Shown here one piece after another: positions 36,852 to 42,725 of a stretch of 42,725 nucleotides of DNA. The translations under genes and the position numbers were made by a program. Where the stretch lies: the NCBI GenBank assembly GCA_964543315.1, contig CAZIXY010000001.1:1-42725 (forward strand), written 5' to 3'. Source of the DNA: an uncultured Desulfobacteraceae bacterium. Its GTDB lineage: Bacteria > Desulfobacterota > DSM-4660 > Desulfatiglandales > Desulfatiglandaceae. The notes under the pieces are model-generated. The model searched no databases. It had not been told where the DNA came from and saw only the letters and a list, made by a program, of their open reading frames with translations. The first letter of the stretch is position 1, and each line of letters begins with the position of its first letter.

Positions 36852-38948
36852 ATGTCAGACAATAAGTTTTATAGACTGGGCTGTGACATCGGCGGCACCT
36901 TTACAGATTTTGTTCTTCTCAATGATGAGACAGGAGAAATGCAGATCAATAAATGTCTGACCACGCCAAGCGATCCTTCGGATGCAGTAGAACAGGGGAT
37001 AAGGGAATTGGAGGGGAAAACCCCCGACATTGTCGGAAAACTGGATGAAGTGATCCACGGCACAACACTGGTCATAAATTCGATCATTGAGCGAAAAGGG
37101 GCGAATACAGGGCTCATCACCACACGGGGTTTCAGGGACGTCCTGGAACTCGGCAGGGAGATCCGCTACGCTCCCTATGACATATTCGCTGAATTCCCGA
37201 AGCCGCTCGTGCCCAGACGCTTTCGCCTGGAGGTAAACGAGAGGATTCGGAGCGACGGAACGGTACTCAAGGCCCTCGACCCCGAAGAGGCACGGAAGGT
37301 TGTCACTCAATTGCTTGAAATGGGTGTGGAATCCATTTCCGTGTGTCTCCTGAACTCCTTTGAAAACCCTGCCCATGAGCTTATGATCAAGGAAATCATT
37401 CAGGAAACGGCGCCGGATATTTCTGTTTCCATCTCCTACGACGTCCTTCCGCAGATAAGGGAATACGAACGCACAAGCACCACGGTCACCAATGCCTATG
37501 TCAAGCCCCTGACCGGAAGATACCTCAAAAGACTCTCCAACAGGCTGGAAGACATGGGATTCGGCGGAAAACTCTTCATCATGCTTTCAAGCGGCGGCAT
37601 CACATCTGTGGAAACGGCGGCGGAGTTTCCGGTCCGGATCATAGAATCGGGCCCGACAGCCGCCGTTATCTCCGGCCAGTATTACGGAAAACTCTTTGAT
37701 ATCCCCGAGATGTTCTGTTTCGACATGGGTGGAACGACGGCAAAGTCGTGTTTGATCCAGGGCGGCGTGGCAGGAGTCGTCCCCACGTTCGAGGTGGGCC
37801 GTGTTCAGAGGTTCATGAAAGGCAGCGGCCTGACGATCCAGGTGCCCGTCGTGGACCTGATGGAGATCGGGGCCGGAGGCGGCAGCATAGCCAAGGTCAG
37901 CAAGATGGGAACCCTTCAGGTCGGACCGGAAAGCTCGGGCGCCGATCCCGGTCCCATATGCTATGCCAGAGGCGGTACCGGGCCCGGTGTCACGGATGCC
38001 GATCTTCTCCTGGGTTATCTGGACGAAAATTATTTTCTGGGCGGAGAAATGAAGCTGGACAAGGATGCCGCGAGGCGCGGGGTTGAGGAACAGATTGCCG
38101 GGCCCCTTGGGGTTACCTTCATACAGGCAATATGGGGTATCCACGACCTCATCAATGAAACCATGGCGGCGGCAGCCAAGACCCATATTGCCGAAAAGGG
38201 CGGAAATCCGAAAGTCGTTACAGTAGCCGCCTTTGGGGGTGCGGGCCCGGTGCACGCCTATGGCCTGGCGAAAAAATTAGGCTCGCCCAGGTTGATCGTC
38301 CCGCCTAATGCGGGCGTGGGCTCCGCCTTGGGCTTTTTTACGGCCCCAAGGGCGTTTGACCTCGTCAGGAGTCATAAGGTCTCTCTTAAGGATGCCGATT
38401 TTAGTGAATTAGAACAGATTTTTAAGGACATGGAGGCAGAGGGCGCCAGGACCCTTCAAAAATCCGGCAAAACGGAAAATATCACCTTTAAACGATCCAT
38501 AGACATGCGTTTTGTGGGGCAGGGTTCCGAGACAAATGTTCCCATTGCCTCAAGCGATTTCACCGCAATAAAAAAAGAAGAAGTGCGAAGCACGTTTGAT
38601 GGGATATATGAAAAGCTGTACGGCAGGACCTATCCCGAATCACCGGTTGAATTTATAAATTTCAAGGTAAGGGCCAGCCTGCCCGAGCGGCTGCTGAAAC
38701 TGCCTAAGATGGGAGCGAGAACGGGCTCAGCCAAGGACGCTGTAAAGGGCGAGCGCCAGGCCTATTCCGGGATTGCCGGGGATTTTATTCCCTACACGGT
38801 CTACGACCGCTACAAACTTTTTCCGGACGTGACATTTAAAGGCCCCGCCATCATTGAAGAGAGGGAATCGACCGTCATTGTAGGTGAGGACGCCTCTGTT
38901 TCCGTCGATGACTTCGGCTTTTTGTGGATTGATATGCCGCAGGCTTAG
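36852..38948 (+). CDS. hyuA: Hydantoinase/oxoprolinase A-type subunit (HyuA; acetone/acetophenone carboxylase beta-like family)
   Basis: 698 aa. N-terminus LGCDIGGTFTDFVL plus a second ATPase-fold block FDMGGTTAK. Confidence 0.88.
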   Translation: MSDNKFYRLGCDIGGTFTDFVLLNDETGEMQINKCLTTPSDPSDAVEQGIRELEGKTPDIVGKLDEVIHGTTLVINSIIERKGANTGLITTRGFRDVLELGREIRYAPYDIFAEFPKPLVPRRFRLEVNERIRSDGTVLKALDPEEARKVVTQLLEMGVESISVCLLNSFENPAHELMIKEIIQETAPDISVSISYDVLPQIREYERTSTTVTNAYVKPLTGRYLKRLSNRLEDMGFGGKLFIMLSSGGITSVETAAEFPVRIIESGPTAAVISGQYYGKLFDIPEMFCFDMGGTTAKSCLIQGGVAGVVPTFEVGRVQRFMKGSGLTIQVPVVDLMEIGAGGGSIAKVSKMGTLQVGPESSGADPGPICYARGGTGPGVTDADLLLGYLDENYFLGGEMKLDKDAARRGVEEQIAGPLGVTFIQAIWGIHDLINETMAAAAKTHIAEKGGNPKVVTVAAFGGAGPVHAYGLAKKLGSPRLIVPPNAGVGSALGFFTAPRAFDLVRSHKVSLKDADFSELEQIFKDMEAEGARTLQKSGKTENITFKRSIDMRFVGQGSETNVPIASSDFTAIKKEEVRSTFDGIYEKLYGRTYPESPVEFINFKVRASLPERLLKLPKMGARTGSAKDAVKGERQAYSGIAGDFIPYTVYDRYKLFPDVTFKGPAIIEERESTVIVGEDASVSVDDFGFLWIDMPQA

Positions 38949-38994
38949 GGCATGGTTTTTAAAAATATAATGAAAATGAACAACGGAGGAGAAA

Positions 38995-40719
38995 ATGGGA
39001 CAGAAATTTGATCCCGTGACCTTGGAGATACTCTGGAGAAGACTCATTTCCATCGTGGATGAGGCCGACACCACTGTTGCGCGCACGGCCTTTTCAAGCC
39101 TTTTGAGGGACGCCCACGACTACACGTGCATGTTTACGGACCGCAAAGGCAGGGAACTGGCCCAGGGCTCCTTTGCAACGCCCGGCCAGTCGGGAGCTAT
39201 GGCCCTGGGGATAAAAAATCTCGTGAAAAACCTCCCGCCCGGAACTTACGGCCCCGGAGACGTGTTCATAACCAACGACCCGTGGGCCCTGGCAGGACAC
39301 CTCAATGACGTGTGCGTGATGAGTCCGATCTTTCATAAGGATTCGTTGGTGGGTTTCACGGCATGTGTGTTTCATCACTCGGACATCGGCGGGCGTGTTT
39401 CATCGGACAACCACGATGTCTATGAAGACGGGCTGTTTATACCCTTTGTCAAGCTCTACGACGGGGACGTGATTAACGAAGCCGTTGTCGACATGATCCG
39501 ATGGAACGTGCGTACCCCGGACGAAGTCATAGGGGATATTCGCTCCCAGATAGCGGCGAATCATGTTTGTGCGCAAAAGGTATGTCAGATGCTGAATGAG
39601 TACAATATGGACAGCCTGGACGATCTTGCGGATGAGATTATCGGGCGCACGGAAATGAGCATGAGGTCCGCCATCGAGAAACTGCCCGACGGCGTCTACA
39701 GCGCGGAAGGCATTGTCGAACAGATGGAGGGCAAGGACGCGGTGGTCATCAAAGCGGCGGTCGAGATAAAGGGGAACAGCATCACGGTGGACCTTGACGG
39801 CTCCTCCCCGCAGGTAGACTGGGGCGGCAATGTTGTCTTCAATTTTACCTATGCCTATGTGTTCATGGCCATGAAGAGCATGTTCGACCCGGATATACCC
39901 AACAACGACGGGTGCGCCGTACCCATCTCCATGAAGGCCCCCGAAGGAACCGTTGTCAATTGTAACTTCCCCGCGGCGGTTGCCGCCCGGATGCAGATCG
40001 GGCACTTTCTGACGGAAATTGTTTACAGGGCCATGGCCAAGGCATTGCCGGACAGGGTCATCGCGGGATCAGGCGGGACCCCGGCCACCATGAATGTCTT
40101 TTATGGAAAAAGGCACGATGCAAGTCCCTGGCACTCGGTCATCATCAGGGGAGGAGGCATGGGTGCCAGCGGCGCCAATGACGGGTATTATGACTATATA
40201 TTTCCCGCCAACGGGGCAAACACGCCGGTCGAGATATTCGAGAGCGATACCCCGCTTCTGGTCGAGAACAGGGAACTCCTGACAGACTCAGGCGGTCCCG
40301 GAAAGATGAAGGGAGGGCTGGGCAGGAGGGTGGTCTTCCGTATTCCTGATGATGAATACGCTCCCATGCCCCCTGTGACCCTGGGAATACAGTCCGGCAG
40401 ATATCAATATCCGCCGGAAGGTCTGTTCGAAGGCAAAGACGGGGCAAAGGCGCGGTTCCTTATCAATGAAAAACCCGGAAATCCCTATGGGCTGACCCAT
40501 CTGAAACCCGGAGACGTGGTGATTATGGACGCCGCGGGCGGCGGCGGGTATGGAAATCCTTTGGAGCGCGACCTGGAGTTGATCGAAAACGACGTGATTG
40601 ACGGATACGTCAGCATGGAAACTGCCAAAAAAGAGTATGGCGCCGTGATAAATCCGGACACCATGAAGGTGGATGTGGATGCCAGCGAGAAATTACGCGC
40701 CTCCTTAAAAAAGGCTTAG
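38995..40719 (+). CDS. hyuB: Hydantoinase/oxoprolinase B-type subunit (HyuB)
   Basis: 574 aa. N-terminus DPVTLEILWRRLISIVDEADTTVARTAFSSLLRDAHDYTC is typical of the Hydantoinase_B family. It directly follows hyuA. Confidence 0.88.
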   Translation: MGQKFDPVTLEILWRRLISIVDEADTTVARTAFSSLLRDAHDYTCMFTDRKGRELAQGSFATPGQSGAMALGIKNLVKNLPPGTYGPGDVFITNDPWALAGHLNDVCVMSPIFHKDSLVGFTACVFHHSDIGGRVSSDNHDVYEDGLFIPFVKLYDGDVINEAVVDMIRWNVRTPDEVIGDIRSQIAANHVCAQKVCQMLNEYNMDSLDDLADEIIGRTEMSMRSAIEKLPDGVYSAEGIVEQMEGKDAVVIKAAVEIKGNSITVDLDGSSPQVDWGGNVVFNFTYAYVFMAMKSMFDPDIPNNDGCAVPISMKAPEGTVVNCNFPAAVAARMQIGHFLTEIVYRAMAKALPDRVIAGSGGTPATMNVFYGKRHDASPWHSVIIRGGGMGASGANDGYYDYIFPANGANTPVEIFESDTPLLVENRELLTDSGGPGKMKGGLGRRVVFRIPDDEYAPMPPVTLGIQSGRYQYPPEGLFEGKDGAKARFLINEKPGNPYGLTHLKPGDVVIMDAAGGGGYGNPLERDLELIENDVIDGYVSMETAKKEYGAVINPDTMKVDVDASEKLRASLKKA

Positions 40720-40763
40720 AGGCTCTGCGCCCGACCCATTTTTCTTCACATCCAAATCGTCTT

Positions 40764-40792
40764 AAAAGGGGTAGCTCAAGCGACCCCTTTTT
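40764..40792 (+). terminator. Rho-independent terminator after hyuB
   Basis: AAAAGGGGT-N10-ACCCCTTTTT. Confidence 0.6.
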
Positions 40793-40916
40793 ATCTGGTT
40801 TTTAAAAATCTCTATGGCCGCTCTTTCCCCGGTCTGCCTTGGTTGTTGACTGTGACACCTCATTTAGTGCACAATATTCTGCCATATCCCATAAAACAAA
40901 AGGCTCTTCAGTAAGG

Positions 40917-42143
40917 ATGAAACGATCCATTTATCTTGATAACGCCGCCACGTCTTTTCCCAAACCCCCCGAAGTCATTGATGCCATGGTGTACTTCATG
41001 AAGGAGGTGGGGGCCAACCCCGGCCGGTCGGGGCATTATAAATCCATCGAGGCGGGCACGATTGTGGAAAACGCGAGAAAAGGTCTGGCAACCCTCTTCG
41101 GCATTTCCGATCCCACACGAATCGTTTTCTCCATGAACGTTACCGAAGCGCTGAATACGGTCCTTTACGGTTTTCTCAAGCAAGGGGATCACGTTATCAC
41201 AACATCCATGGAACACAATTCCGTCATGCGTCCCCTCCGGCATCTCGAAAAAAACGCCTTCATAAGTCTTTCCATTGCACCGTGCGACGGCAAGGGTTTC
41301 CTGGATATCGACGCGCTGGTCTCTCACATCCGGAAAAACACCGCTCTGATCATCGTCAACCATGCCTCCAATGTCTGCGGGACCATCCAGGACATAGGGG
41401 CCGTGAAAAAGGTGATCGGCGAAATACCGATCCTTATTGACGCCGCCCAGACCGGCGGGTGCTTTCCCATAGATGTTGAAGCCGACGGCATCGATTTTCT
41501 GGCATTTACAGGTCACAAGGGACTCCTGGGACCCCAGGGGACGGGCGGCCTGTATATTCGTCAGGGTCTGAGCGTAAAACCGCTCATTCGAGGCGGCACG
41601 GGCACCGTTTCTGAAAAGGAAGTTCAGCCGGATTTCCTGCCGGACGCGCTTGAAAGCGGGACCCGGAACAACGTCGGTATCGCCGGGCTGGGGGCCGGTG
41701 TCGATTTTATACTGAAGCATGGGGTCGAAAAAACCAGGGAGCATGAAAAGACACTCACCGCCGCATTGCTCTCACAGATCCGCACTCTGACCGGTGTGAC
41801 AATATACGGCCCTCTTGACGCGGAAAGGCAGACGGCCGTACTGTCCATCACATTTGACAGCATATTGCCGCCCGGCGCACGCTACGACTATGGCGGGTGC
41901 GGGGCCGTCAACCTGGAATTGATGGAAGAAAACGTGTACCCCGCCGAGGCCGGGAATATCTTGAATACCGAATATGATATCCTGGTCAGGGCCGGCCTGC
42001 ATTGCGCCCCCATAGCGCACAAGACACTCAGGTCTTTTCCCGAAGGGACGATCCGGATCAGCATGGGATATTTCAACACGTTGGAAGAGATGGAGATAAC
42101 AGCGAACGCCATAAGAAAAATCGCTGAAAGGGCGCATAGCTGA
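40917..42143 (+). CDS. Class V aminotransferase-fold PLP enzyme (cysteine desulfurase/selenocysteine lyase-like family)
   Basis: The ORF starts at 40839. The likely start is ATG 40917 (MKRSIYLDNAATSFPKP...). The PLP-lysine block is FTGHKGLLGPQGTGGLY. Confidence 0.85.
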   Translation: MKRSIYLDNAATSFPKPPEVIDAMVYFMKEVGANPGRSGHYKSIEAGTIVENARKGLATLFGISDPTRIVFSMNVTEALNTVLYGFLKQGDHVITTSMEHNSVMRPLRHLEKNAFISLSIAPCDGKGFLDIDALVSHIRKNTALIIVNHASNVCGTIQDIGAVKKVIGEIPILIDAAQTGGCFPIDVEADGIDFLAFTGHKGLLGPQGTGGLYIRQGLSVKPLIRGGTGTVSEKEVQPDFLPDALESGTRNNVGIAGLGAGVDFILKHGVEKTREHEKTLTAALLSQIRTLTGVTIYGPLDAERQTAVLSITFDSILPPGARYDYGGCGAVNLELMEENVYPAEAGNILNTEYDILVRAGLHCAPIAHKTLRSFPEGTIRISMGYFNTLEEMEITANAIRKIAERAHS

Positions 42144-42196
42144 AAGCGGTTTTTTTATCCTTCCTTTAAAGCAAACCACCAAAGTTCAGCCGGCAC

Positions 42197-42725
42197 TCAT
42201 TTTCGATTCACCACATAGATCCCGACACTGACCAGAATCAGTGCCAGAATAACGCGGAGTGTCAGTGGTTCATTAAGAAAAACAGCCCCGGCCAAAGCGG
42301 CAAATACAGGGGTCAGAAAGGTAAATGCGGAGAGCCGGCTCACCGGATAGGCGTGGACCAGAAAGAACCAGAGCAGATAGCTCATAAAGGCTATAATTAT
42401 TGCCTGATATGCAAACGACAGGAGAATCAGCCCGTTGATAAACCTGATCGGCTCCTCATGAAACAAGGCGGTGAGAAGGAAAAGAATCGGTATGGAGAAG
42501 ATTGTCTGATAAAAAAGGGTGTGATGATGGGACACCTTGCCCACTAATCGCCTTTTGATATAGATGGTCGTTGCGGCCCACAGGATCGCAGCCGAAAGTG
42601 CCAGCACATCGCCCAGCAGTTCCTTTGGTTCAGGCATGCCGAAATGTTTGCTCAAAAGGATGACAACCCCGCTGAAGGCCAGGATCAAACCGATCACCTT
42701 GTTCAGAGAAAGCCGATCACCCTTG
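42197..42725 (-). CDS. EamA/DMT-family transporter (C-terminal part; the 5' end lies beyond the window)
   Basis: Hydrophobic multi-TM sequence of EamA type. The frame stays open upstream of the listed Met to the window edge (…KGDRLSLNKVIGLILAFSG). Confidence 0.75.
   Translation of the reverse strand, partial: KGDRLSLNKVIGLILAFSGVVILLSKHFGMPEPKELLGDVLALSAAILWAATTIYIKRRLVGKVSHHHTLFYQTIFSIPILFLLTALFHEEPIRFINGLILLSFAYQAIIIAFMSYLLWFFLVHAYPVSRLSAFTFLTPVFAALAGAVFLNEPLTLRVILALILVSVGIYVVNRK

Overview
This 42.7-kb chromosomal window is about 50% GC by eye. I found no rRNA, tRNA, CRISPR array, transposase or integrase. Gene content suggests a strictly anaerobic Desulfobacterota-like (sulfate-reducing or syntrophic) bacterium, which is an inference only.

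Layout:
(1) 1-11220, minus strand. One long catabolic operon: family III CoA-transferase, GntR regulator, split B12-dependent acyl-CoA mutase, TRAP transporter (P, Q, M), PaaK-type aryl-acetate CoA ligase, and a three-subunit xanthine-dehydrogenase-family Mo-hydroxylase whose large subunit runs off the 5' edge. This inventory resembles the iaa (anaerobic indoleacetate) cluster.
(2) 11428-14454. A divergent Mvh-type hydrogenase locus: mvhD with an in-frame TGA (selenocysteine) and a SECIS-like hairpin, then mvhG, then an mvhA-like large subunit with three altered catalytic motifs.
(3) 14489-18013, minus strand. Methylmalonyl-CoA-epimerase-like gene, acyl-CoA dehydrogenase, etfB, etfA. This operon is driven by a second copy of the CoA-transferase promoter, leader and first ~26 codons.
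(4) mltG, a secreted FecR-domain protein, then an IclR regulator with two acyl-CoA dehydrogenases. That three-gene module is bracketed by direct copies of a GC-rich, hairpin-rich ~220-260-bp repeat.
(5) A hypothetical gene, a NUDIX hydrolase, a 1115-aa AsmA/YhdP-like protein and mdh.
(6) A secreted-protein and signalling patch: a DUF3617-like protein, a vWA protein frameshifted at a G7 tract, a PAS hybrid histidine kinase and a Zn-ribbon-FHA protein.
(7) hyuA/hyuB-type hydantoinase/oxoprolinase pair, a class V aminotransferase and a partial EamA transporter.

Most noteworthy observations:
- The degenerate or Sec-ambiguous [NiFe] large subunit.
- The promoter and 5'-gene duplication that flanks a 6.7-kb module and shares an identical 33-bp promoter/operator block.
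- The structured GC-rich repeat family.
- The poly-G frameshift in the vWA gene.

All functional calls come from reading motifs by eye. No database search was run.
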